Shown one piece after another: positions 45,848 to 59,600 of a stretch of 64,000 nucleotides of DNA. Each line of letters starts with the position of its first letter. Positions within the stretch are counted from its first letter, which is position 1. The stretch comes from Curvularia clavata (lineage: Eukaryota), in assembly GCA_023920165.1 (NCBI GenBank), contig CP089275.1, forward strand, positions 682,001 through 746,000. The letters run 5' to 3'. Under the pieces are notes generated by a model, which was not told where the DNA came from, searched no databases, and worked only from the letters and a program-made list of their open reading frames with translations. Both the position numbers and the translations under genes were made by a program.

Positions 45848-48800
45848 CTAATGAGCGCCTGCATCAAGCAGCATCTTGACGACCTGCTCGTGGCCTTCGT
45901 TTGAAGCTGCTTGTAGCGCATTGCCATAGTGTCCACCCTGTGCGTTGACGTCTGCGCCCGCGTCAAGCAGCATCTGGACTATCTGCTCATAGCCTTCGTT
46001 TGAAGCTGCTTGTAGCGCGTTGCCGTAGTGTCCACCCTGTGCGTTGACGTCTGCGCCCGCGTCAAGCAGCATCTGGACTATCTGCTCATAGCCTTCGTTT
46101 GAAGCTGCTTGTAGCGCGTTGCCGTAGTGTCCACCCTGTGCGTTGACGTCTGCGCCCGCGTCAAGCAGCATCTGGACTATCTGCTCATAGCCTTCGTTTG
46201 AAGCTGCTTGTAGCGCATTGCCATAGTGTCCACCCTGTGCGTTGACGTCTGCGCCCGCGTCAAGCAGCATCTGGACTATCTGCTCATAGCCTTCGTTTGA
46301 AGCTGCTTGTAGCGCGTTGCCGTAGTGTCCACCCTGTGCGTTGACGTCTGCGCCCGCGTCAAGCAGCATCTGGACTATCTGCTCGTGGCCTTTGGCTGAA
46401 GCTGCTTGTAGCGCGTTGCCGTAGTGTCCACCTTGTGCGTGAACGTCTGCGCCCGCGTCAAGCAGCATCTGGACTATCTGCTCGTGGCCTTTGGCTGAAG
46501 CTGCTTGTAGCGCGTTGCCATAGTGTCCACCCTGTATGTTGACGTCTGCGCCCGCGTCAAGCAGCATCTGGACTATCTGCTCGTGGTCTTCAGCTGAAGC
46601 TGCTTGCAGCGCGTTGCCGTAGTGTCCACCTTGTGCGTGAACGTCTGCGCCCGCGTTAAGCAGTATCTTGACGACCTGGTCGTGGCCTTTGGCTGAAGCT
46701 ACTTGCAGCGCGTTGCTATGGCGTCCACTTTGCGTGTTAACGTCTGCGCCCGCGCCAAGCAGTATCTGGACTATCTGCTCACAGCCTTTCCATGAAGCTG
46801 CATACAGTGCGTTATTAAAAGCTCCGCCCTGTGCGTTGACGTTCACGCCCGCGTCAAGCAGCATCTTGACGACCTGCTCGTGGCCTTTCCTTGAAGCTGC
46901 TTGTAGCACGTTGCCATAGTGTCCACCTTGCGTGTTGACGTCTGCGCCCGCGTCAAGTAGTATCTGGACTATCTGCTCACAGCCTTTCCATGAAGCTGCA
47001 TATAGTGCGTTATTAAAGACTACACCCTGTGCGTTCACATCTGCGCCCGTATTGAGCAGTATCTTGACGACCTGCTCATGGCCTTCTCTTGAAGCTGCTT
47101 GTAGCGCGTTGCCGTAGTGTCCACCCTGTGCGTTGACGTCTGCGCCCGCGTCAAGCAGCATCTGGACTATCTGCTCGTGGTCTTCAGCTGAAGCTGCTTG
47201 TAGCGCGTTGCCGTAGTGTCCACCCTGTACGTTGACGTCTGCGCCCGCGTCAAGCAGCATCTGGACTATCTGCTCGTGGCCTTTGGCTGAAGCTGCTTGC
47301 AGCGCGTTGCCATAGTGTCCACCCTGTATGTTGACGTCTGCGCCCGCGTCAAGCAGCATCTGGACTATCTGCTCGTGGCCTTCCCTTGAAGCTGCTTGCA
47401 GCGTGTTGCCGTAGTATCCACCCTGTGCGTTGACGTCTGCACCCGCATTAAGCAGCATCTGGACTATCTGCTCATAGCCTTTTCTTAAAGCAACGTATAG
47501 TGCGTTATTAAAAGCTCCACCCTGTGCGTTAACGTCCACGCCCGCGTCAAGCAGCATCTGGACTATCTGCTCGTGGCCTTTCTTTAAAGCTGCTTGTAGC
47601 GCGTTGCCATGGCGTCCACCCTGTGCGTTGACGTCTGCGCCCGCGTCAAGCAGCATCTGGACTATCTGCTTGTGGCCTTCCCTTGAAGCTGCTTGTAGCG
47701 CGTTGCCGTAGTGTCCACCCTGTGCGTTCACGTCTGCGCCCGCATTAAGCAGCATCTGGACTATCTGCTTATAGCCTTTTCTTGAAGCAGCGTATAGTGC
47801 GTTATTAAAAGCTCCACCCTGTGCGTTGACGTCTGCGCCCGCGTCAAGCAGTATCTTGACGACCTGCTCGTGGCCTTTGACTGAAGCTGCTTGTAGCGCG
47901 TTGCCATGGCGTCCACCCTGTGCGTTCACATCTGCGTCCGCATCGAGCAGTATCTTGACTACCTGCTCGTGGCCTTTCCATGAAGCTGCGTATAGTGCGT
48001 TGCCATGTTGCCCACCCTGCGTGTTGACGTCTGCGCCTTGATCTAGCAACGACCTCGTAATCGCCCTAAGGCCTAACAATGCGGTATAATAAAGCGGCAT
48101 AGCTATACTCTCTAGACCTCTTCTTAAATCTGGTTCTTTCCGTGGCATGTCTGGATCAAACAACTGGATCCAGGTGGGATATGCAGGTTGTTCTATTGAC
48201 ATTAACCTCATCGCTACCTGACTCACTACGATCCTCTTGTCCTCTGTCTTTCGAAAATGGCTGCTCCAGAACTCTGCTGCATACCTTGCGAGCGTGGACG
48301 TCTCAAGAACACTCATTGAAATTGGTCCTTGGAGCTGCATCAGATACTTCAAGCAACCTTCTGTTATCATGTTATGGCATTCGACCGCTTCCATGCTGTA
48401 CTGCTTTGCTTGTCCTCGCTTAATTCTGTCTGACATAAGATACTCCTGGACGGAATAATGCGCTAGTGCGATAATACGCTGGGTAGGTCTTTTCCTTCCT
48501 TCCGCATTGTTCGTCGTAATAGCGACAAGACTTGAGCAGATGTTTATCGCTTCTAGCGGGTCTTCTAGCACCTCATCACGGTCGAACGCCGGCTCGCGTG
48601 CCACGTCAATAGCGACGACCTCAGCAATTTCTTCAACTGACATCGGCCGCGCAGAGAATGTCAGCCACTGCAGGATGCGCATCGCGAAGTCGGAGTCTTG
48701 TTCGCTTATAGCAGTAAGAATGCGGTCGTATGTCTGGTCCAGCGTTTGTGGTAAGGTGGCTAGGGACTTGCGCAACGTCGCTCGATTGCGACACTGTGCC

Positions 48801-50458
48801 AACATGTCAAGCTGACATACCGCCCATCGGAACCTACACTATTTTTAGCTTTAACTGTGAGAGTTGCTAGATGTCCAAACGTACATGCCACAAGCGCCGT
48901 GCATTAATGCAGCCTCAATCTCTTGTCTAATAGCAGCATCTTTGCTCCATTTTGCTAGAGTCTTATCGTTAGAAAGCCTTTGTTGAACGTATTGCTGTAT
49001 ATCACAATCTACAACGTCCTTTTGAAGACAGATTGTGTCTTTCTCCTTGATATAGCTTTCTAAAGAGCTTTCAATATCCCGCTCTTTCCGACTAGTTATA
49101 AGTAGATGTATATTATCAAGCTGCCAACTAGCCATCACCTCGAGTATATTTATTAGTTCTTGACGTTGTGTACACTCGTCGAGCGCATCGAGAATGATGT
49201 AGGCATGCGTGAATTGTTGCACTACCTGTGGCATCAATTCAAGAAGCGCATGTAGTGATGGCTGTCCATCTCCATTTTCATATGCTGAGAATAATACTTC
49301 AACGCCCTTGGGTAGTGTAACCGAACGTTGTAGAAGCTGGCGGAGCAACGAGCATAGCATCAGCTCTGGGTCTTGCTTCTGTGTATCATTGAAATCGAAA
49401 TAGAAGTACGCCGTCACCATACTAGCGTCACTATGGCAGTGCTGCAGCAGATGCTCGACAACTGTAGAGCTCAGGATGGTCTTTCCACATCCTGGGATCC
49501 CATACAGCCATAGTCGCGACGCTGCACTTGTCTTCCATTTGGTGAAACTTGCACTCTCTAGCAGCCAGAGTCCAGTCCCAGCCTGCCGCTGCTTGTGTGC
49601 TTTGTGGTAGTTTGTGGACGGATCAGGAGCCGAAAGCCAACTGTAGATTTTGCCAAGCCTCTCTTTTTGACCTTGGCTGCGAATCTCGGCACTATTCGCA
49701 GAACCATCTGCGACGTCCTTGGAAGCAATATCTATCTCTTTTTTCAGTCGTTTCAATGCCTTCTCTTTGCCTTCTCCATAGATTAATGGCAAATTGATGT
49801 CGAATATGCCTAGCAAGCAGTATGCGCCGTCTTCTTCGCGTGTCGTCTGGCGATTTGCTGCCCAAGAGAACCGCTCAGCAATGTTGAACTGTGACAAGTC
49901 GCTCCCTGACAGAGCTTCGATAGGTACTCCAGTAATCTCGTGTATGGTGTGACTAAGCGAGTCTTTGTCTCCTAGCCGCGCTCCGTCTTTAGAGAAGAAC
50001 TCGACGGAATGAGGGGCTAGTAGTTCCTGAAGCGTCCAGCCTCGGTCAAACCACCTGCTCTTCCTAAACGCTAACCCGCCATCACCTTCTAGAGTGTCGT
50101 GTTCGACATCTGAAAGGAAAACATAGCATTTCTTTGCGTTCTGGTACCAACGAAACATAGAGTTAATCGCCTCCGAAAGCTCCGTGTTGTTTGCCTTATC
50201 GATGCAGCAGGTGTCCACCCAGAAGTAGTCTAGGCCGTCCCGCCTAGCCTGTTGCGCGCAGAAGCGGAGCTTTCGACACCCCTCCTTGCTATGTGCTTCG
50301 ATATCTGCTGCGTTATCTAGATCTTTCAGGTCGGCAAATGTCACCTCCTGCCCTTCTTTCCAGGTGTGCGACAAGATCGCATAAGAGGGGATCTTGTCCC
50401 CGATTAAGTCCTCAGTCCATCGAAGCCTCCCGTCGCTCGCAGTATATAGCAGCCGCAT
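45848..50458 (-). CDS. HET-NACHT-ankyrin NLR-like protein (about 1519 aa; intron 48834-48884)
   Basis: HET (YAILSHTW, WVDTCCIDK, WFDRGWTLQELLAP), Walker A GIPGCGKT, Walker B IILDALDEC, GMFRWAVCQ across the intron, about 22 ankyrin repeats. Confidence 0.95.
45860..48050 (-). repeat. Tandem 99-bp ankyrin-coding repeats with high internal identity
   Basis: Unit LLDAGADVNAQGGHYGNALQAASxxGHEQIVQM repeated about 22 times; the last four or five are almost identical in DNA. Confidence 0.95.
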
Positions 50459-50624
50459 CGGAATGTATATGCGTATGTATGTGCGAGCGCTAGAGGCAAG
50501 TGTTGAAGCTTTGAATCAGGCTGAGGGAATCGATGGCGACTAGGGGCTCGCTCACACAGGGGAGAGAGACGGTAGCTGTCGGGTCAATTGTGAACATCAA
50601 GTAACGGCTTAACAAGTTGCAGAT

Positions 50625-50705
50625 GAGGAGGAGAAGGAGGAGAAGGAGGAGAAGGAGGAGAAGGAGGAGAAGGAGGAGAAGGAGGAGAAGGAGGAGGAGG
50701 AGGAG
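50625..50705 (+). repeat. (GGAGAAGGA)n microsatellite upstream of the NLR
   Basis: Direct reading of the sequence. Confidence 0.9.
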
Positions 50706-51228
50706 TAGAGTCTACGAGCTGCAGTGCAGCAAGCCGGACGTTGGGCTAGGCTGCATCTCCAGCACTCAGGGCGCAGCCCGCCTGCGCAGTGGCGCAAGGC
50801 TGGCCGCGCAAGGCTGACACCGCATGATCGCGCGACAGCTACTATACTACGAACCGAGAAGTATTACTTGTGCTAAAAACGCGATCTGATCATGCAGAAA
50901 ACGCTGTCTACAGACTATTGTTTACTATAGGAGTGTATTATGATGTCTGTAGGGTGGTGTTGGTTCGTGCACAGGCGGACAAGCTGGCCTGAGGGACTGT
51001 GCCGCCATTTCATTGCGGACCGAAACGCGAAGCAGCAGCGATAACAGTCTCAACTGCACAGTCACAACAGCAAGAATAGTATAGTAAGTAGTAAGTATAG
51101 TTCACAATAGTCTTAGGACGTATAGTAGAATAATTCGCCTTCCTATATTGTGCTAAAAAGCACACTATAAGAATATAACTAGCTATCTTTCCTAGGCTGC
51201 CATAAGCTTCGTCTTGTACCCTAGTTCA

Positions 51229-52323
51229 CTAGTACATCCGCGCCACTGGGGCTCTCCATGGAGTAGGTGCACTCTCAACCCCCACGACGGCTGCAACAGT
51301 TGACGTTGTCAGCTTTGACAATAGCTTCCTAGCTATCCGCCTCGCTTTAGTGTTTGGCTCCGCTTTGTCTGCCTCCAGTACAGCACTCGTACGCTTCCGA
51401 CCTCGCTTGCCTTGGCCTTTGGCCTTCTGAGCCGCATCTTTCTCAACGCGCTTCTCTCGTGCTTCCACAAGCTCCTCATAGCCCATGACCTTGGCTTTGC
51501 CTAGCACCAGCGACTTGGTCGATCGTCGCACCTTGGCTTCGTTATTGATCGTCAGCAAGAATCGAATGTGGTTCTGCTGGAGGGCTCCCTTTGCGAAAGA
51601 TAGCTGCGCCGCTTTAACCAGCTTGTGGAGGCGCCTCTGTAGGCGTTGTTTGCTTGCATCGTTGAGGGTACTAGAGTCCTGCTCGATGATCATTTTTTGA
51701 AGCGACACAAGGCCCTGCTCTGACACCGGCGTGACAGGTGTTGGTGGAACTTCGCTCTGGTCGCAAGCCCCGACATTTACCTCGTCGGCCTTCACGATAG
51801 TTAAATCAGCAAGAGGCTTTGGCATAGTTTTGAGCACTCTGTCTGGGTTAAGCGGAAACAGCCCGCTTGCAGCAAAACCAGCTATGATATTCTTCGAAGT
51901 AAAGCCTTTCTCTCTTGCAGGGCTATAGAGGGAAGTAAAATGCTCTTTACCGATTGTGTTGACGCCTCCCCGCTCTAGGCGCTCGGCTTGCTCGCGATAG
52001 GCGGCTTTTAATGGAGCAAACACCGCGACGTCGCAGGGCTGCAGCTTGTGGGAGGTATGAGAGGGAAGACGACAGAGAATGATGTTGTTGGCGAAGCAAA
52101 ACTCTAGCACTTCAAGAGTCTCGTGGGTCCCAAAACCATCGCAGATCAGCACTCGCGGCTTACCCCTTGCTCGCTCTTTAGTTTCAGGGTCAAATATACG
52201 CTGAAGCCATTGCAAGCTAATATAGGAATCTGTATATCCAGCATCAGAGCACGCGCACTGCCATCCAGGGGTAGGAAATGTCGTCCAGTTGCTCCGATGC
52301 GTCGTAGCCGGCCAGATAATCAT
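51229..52323 (-). mobile_element. pogo/Fot1 DDE transposase, 5'-truncated, little RIP
   Basis: GYTDS, RVLICDGFGTH, LPSHTSHKLQPCDVAVF; no N-terminal HTH; the ORF abuts AT-rich DNA. Confidence 0.88.
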
Positions 52324-52740
52324 AGGGTTTAGATGTCAATATCTATATCTATATAGTCGTAGGCACAGTTTAAGTTGAGTGCGTTTCTCTAGACAGTTCT
52401 TTGACCACAGAACCTGTTAGCCTTGGAAACGTCAGCCTGTTCACTTCTCAATTTTATAATGCCCGGTTTATAGGAAGTCGCACCACTAATATTAAGAATT
52501 ATATAATTGCTACATATAAGCTCTCTTTATCCCTTAAGATTTTTATAGTGAATTATTCCCAGCTCGTTTTCGCGGAATCATAGGGAGCAGTTTCTTAACA
52601 GCATAATTAATAGTCCTAAATAGGCTATAAAGCTGCTGAGCCTAAATGAGCTTCTAAATAGTAGTAGGGAAGCCACTTAAGAGTAAAGTCTTGGATGTTA
52701 TACTACAGATTGATATTATAAGAGTCTCTTCTCAAGTTTC

Positions 52741-53095
52741 TGTTGTAGATAAGCTACTCAGCTACTCTACGACAGAATCCGGGTGCTCAGTCACACCCGG
52801 ATTCTACAATCAACTTAATCTATAGTCGATCTATCAAGACTATAATCGATCTATAGATATCTGTCTATGACGCTAAAGATTACGCAAGCTACTACTAGAT
52901 AGATTCTTCTAGAATCTACTCTAGCCAATATATATAGTAGTAGAATAGCTAGTAGATAGAAACTAGAGCAGTTTATACAAAGTCAATTATATCTATCAAC
53001 TCTCTCTCCTAGCATATACTACTTACTTGAGTCTTTGATCAAGCTACCTCTGAGTCTACTACTAGTAGAATAAGTAGCTACCCCATACTTTGACA
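52741..53095. mobile_element. Solo LTR, family D
   Basis: TGTTG...TGACA with perfect TSD GTTTC; homologous to 61561-61907. Confidence 0.88.
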
Positions 53096-53681
53096 GTTTC
53101 TACTTAGAAATTAATATAGCGTCTAAAAGGCGGCAGACCTTTAGGTACGTATCTATTCTATACGCAACTTACTAGATTACCTTAGATTAAGAACTATAAC
53201 TTGGTATAAAGTAAGTAATTGTATAAGTAGTAGAGGCCTTTGGGAGGAATATGTAACCATGCATAGACCAAAACATACCCCAGCCAGGGCAGCTTATCAA
53301 GATCCGATTGAGAGCCGGGTCAGACCCGATGAAGACCCGCACCCAGGTATAAGTACCAGGTACCTTCCATAGATGTTCGGTAGATTTTTGATATTCTTTC
53401 GTACCAGGCCTATGAGTGTCTACCGAATCTAAGGTGTTTCTGCTGTCCTACGCACTTCCATATGCATTTGAGTGACACTACCCACCGGAACCGATTCGAC
53501 TAGTCTTGCTCGCGCCGTTACAGAATATCTAGTTGACAGAATATAAAACTACTATATTCATAACTAGCGTTTCTAAGAATAGACACGTCATCCAATTTAA
53601 AGTAGAATATAAATGCGATTATAGAGTTAAAGATACTAGATATTAGTAGTCTCTCTTTAGCGATAGTTTGCACTACCTTAT

Positions 53682-56600
53682 TGTTACACGGGGTCCTACG
53701 TTAGTGGGAATATACTTACCTAGTCTAGATTCCGGGTTAGGGCGAGACTAGTTTCTGCGAAGTATACTGTGAGGTAGTTGTCTAGCGATTCGGTAGTAGG
53801 GAATAACAAAGATAGATAAAACTAATTCTATTAGAAGATAGAATAACTAGTATCAATCTAAGTATAAAAAGTAGCTATAAAAGATACTTTGCTGAGTTAA
53901 CCACAACAAGTATAATAATAAAATCTAATATATTCTTATATCTATTGCCTTCTAGTCCTGCCATCCCGTCCATCCCTTCTTGGCGGGAGGACTGGGATGG
54001 CGTTGCCATCTCTTCTTGCACTGCCATCCTAGATGGCCAGTCTTAGCGGGATGACACGTTACGTAACCTCTGCCCCGCAGAGGTCCTTATCCTTTGACGT
54101 GGTCGCCCGATAGTCTCTTACCATGCGGCCTTCATTAGAAGAGATCCTTCCTTGTTACTTATAACATTATCCCCCCTCTTAAAGCTATTATTCTAATACT
54201 TTAGATTATCGTTTTCCCGTGTGTCGCTTGGCGCTGGTGGCTTGCTTAAGTATCGAGGTATGTCTGTCGTGTCGTAGGCGTTCCTTCCTCTATGCCTCTT
54301 TAACTATGCCTAAGGTTCCGTCTTCCCGTACCCAACGCGTTCGTGCTTAGAAGTTGAACGAGGAGCGTTACGCTCGTGCTAATCGTGTGAAAGAGTAGAG
54401 GAACGAAATGACTTCTTATCGTTATAAGCGTTGTAAAGAGAAGAATCTTCGCTGCTTTATAGATACGGCAACTGGTCGCTACGCGGGTTGTATTTCTATA
54501 AAGGCTGAGTGTAGCCTATTTATTTCTAAGAAAGAGTGGGAGAAGGTCTAGCGTAAGAAGCGGCAGAAGCGGATCGAAATTGCGCGTTTAGAGGCTCAGC
54601 TCGCCTAAAGCCGTCTGGAACTCCTAGAGGCTGAGGCGTAAAAGTAATTATTTACTAATCAAGATCTTGCTATTCTAAACTTCCAGGATCGCGCGAAAGA
54701 GCAGGCTAAGGGGAATTCTGCCCCTAGTACAGACTTTCCGACAACTGAACTATCGCTACCTAAACTATTAACTGACCTAGGCTGGTTATAGGCTGACGCT
54801 TCTTACAACCCTTTTTTTCTTAATTACTTCCTTTCTCTCGAGAGTCTGTCCCTCGCTTCTGTAGATGCTTCCGATGGTACTCTCGTACTAGTGATTTGTA
54901 GTTCGTTAGATTTCCTTCAGGTTTCTAGGTGTTATGGCTATCTAGCCATCCTTCCCACTTGACTAAGTACTTCTACTAACTATCTATTTTCCGTAGGTCC
55001 TTGATCTCTTCGACCGTATATTCGTCGTCCTCGAGCTCGATATCGTCCATTAGCTCGGCTTCTAGGGGTGCTGGTTCTAGCAGTTTCTTATAAAAAACGT
55101 TGTGTATGCGCATGCCTAGTGGTAGCCGGAGTTTGTAGTTTACGGGCCCCATTTTCTCTAGGATTTCAAATGGTCCTAATTAGAGATTGTCTAGTTTTTT
55201 GCTTAGTTATTTAGTTTTCAAGTTTTATCATAACAAAAAAACTCTATCCCCCTTCTTAAAGGTTGGTCCCTCAATCCTTAGCTTATTCGCAGCTCTGGAC
55301 GTCATAAGATTCCTATAAGCAATATTCCTGCTCAATTCTTCGTGCAATTCACATATTAGTCGAGCTTTATCATCTGCTCCGACTGCGATACTTTCTATAT
55401 CTTTCAGATCTCAATAAGCAACCGGCTCATATCCGTAGTTCACATAGTGTAGCGAGTACTTTGTTGTCGCCGATCTTAAACTATTATAGGCCAATTGTGC
55501 TATCAGCAAGAGTTTAACCTAGTTGTCTTGCAGCTTATTGGCGTAAAATCGCAAATACTGTTCCAGCGTTTAGTTCGTTCGTTCTATTTATCCGTTAGTT
55601 TCTAGATAGAAGCTAGTTAATAGCTTCTTCTTAACTCCTATCTTTGCTAAAAACGTTAACTAGTATTTTAATATAAACAGCTTATCTCTATCTATTATAA
55701 ATTCTTCGGGCATCCTATGCTCCGATATTAAGGCTTTAGAAACTTCGTACGCGCATTCCTCTGCCATAATTGTTTCTTCCGTGGGCACGAACTTTGCCCC
55801 TTTAGTCTATCAACATATTATAACCAAAATGGTGTCGCAGAGTCGAGCTGAGCCAGGTTCTAACAATTTCGGGAGCTTTACTATGAAGTCTATCGTTACA
55901 CTACTCTATGGTCGTATTAGTGGCGGTAAGGGTTGTAACAGGCCATAGAGCTTATATCTTTTAGGCTTATTCTAGTGATATGCTACACAGTTGCCTACAA
56001 TTTCCTACACCTGCGCCCTCAAGCGCGGCATATAAAACGCCTTATTTAGTCGCCTGACCATTTCGTCGATGCTTGCATGTCCGTATTCTCGTGACTCATG
56101 CAGTTCTTTGATGAGATCTTTTCTCATGTGCGTGGGTACGTAGGGTCGACTCTCGTTCCGCGGCTCACCTTTGTTCTATAGCCCGTTAAGTTCCTTTTGA
56201 CCGTCTAATAGTACCCATTCATTCGCTTTTTATTGCTATTACTATTGCAACGTTTCTACTTGCTCGGCTATCTTGGCTAATCTAGCCAGATCCGGCTGGT
56301 TGTACCTCAAGCTGCCGTTGGGCATTCTCTTGAGTACTGCATCGTGTAGCTTTTTGTAGCCTTTTCCGCGTAAATTGGATCTTTAGCTCAGAGTATCTAC
56401 GGCTCTATTGAGCGATCCTGCTCGATGCGTAATTTTAAAGTTAAACTAAGCTAACATCTTAGCATATTAGACTTATCTTCAGTTAAGTTTCTTCGTTGTT
56501 ATAAAACTCGTGAGGTTCTAATAATTAGTAAAAACCTCGATTGTGTATAGAAGTCCCAACAGGTATACTTCCCACTGTTCAAAGGTATCAACTACTCTGA

Positions 56601-59600
56601 GTAGTTCCTTATCGTGAATATCGTAGTTCAACTCTACTTCGTCAAACTTTCTAGAATAGTAGAACACCAGTCTCCATTTCCTATCTAGACACTACTGTGA
56701 CAATACAGCTCCGAGTGCGTAATCAGACGCGTCAGTCTCGAGTCTAGTTGGTCGTTAAGGATCGTACATCTCTAGTACGGGTGCCTCTAGAAACGTCTAC
56801 TTAAGCTTATTAAAAGCTTTCTATTATTCCCATTTCTATCTAAAACCTACTTCCTTCTTTGTAATCTCTGTAAGAGATGCTATAATCTTCGAATAATCTT
56901 TTATAAACTTCTAGTAGTAGTTCGCTAGTCTTAGAAAAGACTAAATATCCTTAACTGTTTTGGGCGTTTTCTAATCCCGTACAGCCTATACTTTTTTTAG
57001 ATTCATTTTCACTCCTTTAGTTGAGATGATAAATCCGAGGAATTCCATTTCCTGCGTATAGAATTCGCATTTCCCTAGCTATAGATATAGCTTATATTCC
57101 TTAAGCTTTCTAAGCACTTTCTTGACATATTCGATATGTTCTTCGAGCGTTCCCTTAAAATACACTAGTACATCGTCCAAGTAAGCTATTACGAAGACAC
57201 CAAGGTATTCGTAGAGAGCGTTGTTAATGACTAATTGAAAGGTCGCTGGCGCATTCGTTAGGCCGAACAGCATAACCGTATACTCGAACAGTCCATACTT
57301 TGTTTTGAACGCTGTTTTCCATTCGTCTCCTTCCTTAATCCTAATCCAATAAAATCCTTCTTAGACGTCGAACTTCATAAACCACTTAGCTCTCTGGAGT
57401 CAATCCATAAGCTCTGTTATAAGTGGTAGTAGATACTAATTCTTTTAGATTACCGCGTTCAACCTTTGGTAATCGACATATAGTCGCCATTTTCCATTAG
57501 GTTTCTTTACGAATAATATGGGTGAGGCTATCGGGCCTAATCCTAGTCTGATAAATCCTTTCTTAAGATTCTTCCGGAGGTATTCCTTGAGCTTGGCGTC
57601 ATACTCAGGCGATATAGGATACATGCCTCCTAGCGTCAACTTTACTCTATCTTTAAAGATAATCTCGTGATCCCAATCCTAATATTCTGCTAAGTCTGTT
57701 GTCTTGTTTTCTTCGAATAGTTCCTTAAACTTATTCGTTCTATATTCTTTAGGAATGTCCAACAATACGTCTTTAGGCTTTTCCTGGGGTAAGGGTCTAT
57801 CCTTCTTAGACACGACTCGTCTTAACTAAATGACTCCTACTTGCTGAGGGTCCTTCGCATAGATTCTCGCGATCTTATGCGGTAAGATCTTGCCAAATCT
57901 CCTATCCTAGGTTGTGCACTAATTCGTTGGGCGTATCTCGTGTCGTACTCTAGCAACCCTTTTCGCAGGTTCTTAGCTGAGTATCGTTCTATTTCGCCAA
58001 TCGATGGCGGGGTTATAGGCATCTAGCCAATTATAACCGATTAGTAGATCTGTTTCTCCTAGATCTATAATGCTGATGCTCATCTGACTTTTGGTATTAG
58101 ACACTTTGAGTGTCACTAATTCTGTTTTAAGCCTTATCGTGCCTTTGCCGTATGCTACGGGCGTTTCTTCGGCCGATATTATCTGTAATGGATGCTTCTT
58201 ATTCTAGTATAGTATTCTGTACTTCTCTACTATTTGGGGTGAGATTATTATTCGTGCGGCACCGCTGTCTACGATTGCCTGTAATTTGTGTCCCTGTATA
58301 TACACGGTCGTTACCAATTTCTTTAGGCGATCATTAGTATAATGTACTCGTCTTAGGGTCGTTTTAGGACTGCCTTTACTAGCGTGACTCTATTCCTAGT
58401 GGTATTCTAGTTTTTTAACGGTCCCCTGGACCTAAGCTTCTTTTCCTTTCTTTTCCGCGGAAAGTAGCTATGGTTCTGTTTTGCGTCTAGGTGGATTCTG
58501 CAGTTGTCGTCTGTGTAGAAGGTCCAGTGTTCGTTTAGGTGGGGGATTATTTTTTCTAGTATCTTTGGTAGGTTGATCTTCTTCGTCCTGTGCATCCTGC
58601 ACTTGATCGTCTGGCATTCTTTAGCCGCGATCGTGCCGTGCAGATGGTGATCTGCATGTCTCGCCGCGGTTCTCTGTTCTTGGTGGAATCGGCATTTCTC
58701 TATATAGTTGATCCAGTAGAGCTACTCGTGAGCTCGTTGATGTTCTTCCTTGTGGATATAGCAATCTAGCATAGGGCAGTCGTTTGTCTATAGATGCTTG
58801 TGATTAGGATTATGCTCGTCTAACTTGTATTGTTCTTTAATATCTGAGTGGAATATGTAGAATCTTCTTTTACATTTGTTCCAGGCGAGATCTTCGTGAT
58901 TATTATGTTGCTTCCATAGTGCGTGGATAGTGCAATCTAATATTTTGCACGCCTTATTTCTTAAGTGTGCGTGGCAATATTCTTCTGCGTCATACTGGGA
59001 TAGTCTTAATTTTTTAGTATGGAACTCGTAGTAGTCTATACTATCGCATTCGATCTAATAAAGCTTTCTATATTCGTCTTTACGGTCATTTTCTAGTTCT
59101 GGTAGCTCGTCCTTAAAGTATGGTTGTTCCTGGGCTGTCTGGGCAAGTACTTCCCTGGCTATCAGCCCTGTGACTGCAATTCTTCTTCCTCGAAGTGGGT
59201 AGCCATTGCTGTGGTGTGCTGGGTCTCCGCACATCTAGTATAAATTTTGTGTAATCCGTCGCTGGGCATCTGTGTCCTTCACGATCTAGTCGGATGGCTG
59301 TGGTGGTTCCCATTTTATGTGTTTGTCCGCTCTGATGAGCTCCGGGACAATCATATAATCCGTGTTCTTAGCTAGACGTGCTTCGTCGTAGAGGTCTAGA
59401 TCGCTAAGGTCGTCGTCAGAGGGTAGTGCGGATAGCTGTGACTTCAGCATCCTAATCTTTACTACTACCTGCTTGATTTCGTTCTTCGGGCAGTCTCTGC
59501 GGAAGTGTCCTACTTCGCCGCATCGGAGATATGCTTTATTATTATAACGCTTCTGGCGTTCTTCTTTAGAAAGGCCGTCCTAGCCCTTTTCTCAGAGTTT

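Noticed and set aside
45860..48050. Regular repeats resembling a CRISPR array
   Set aside because: Contiguous in-frame 99-bp ankyrin codons without unique spacers; eukaryotic context and no cas genes
50617..50817. Poly-arginine ORF
   Set aside because: Translation of a GGAGAAGGA microsatellite
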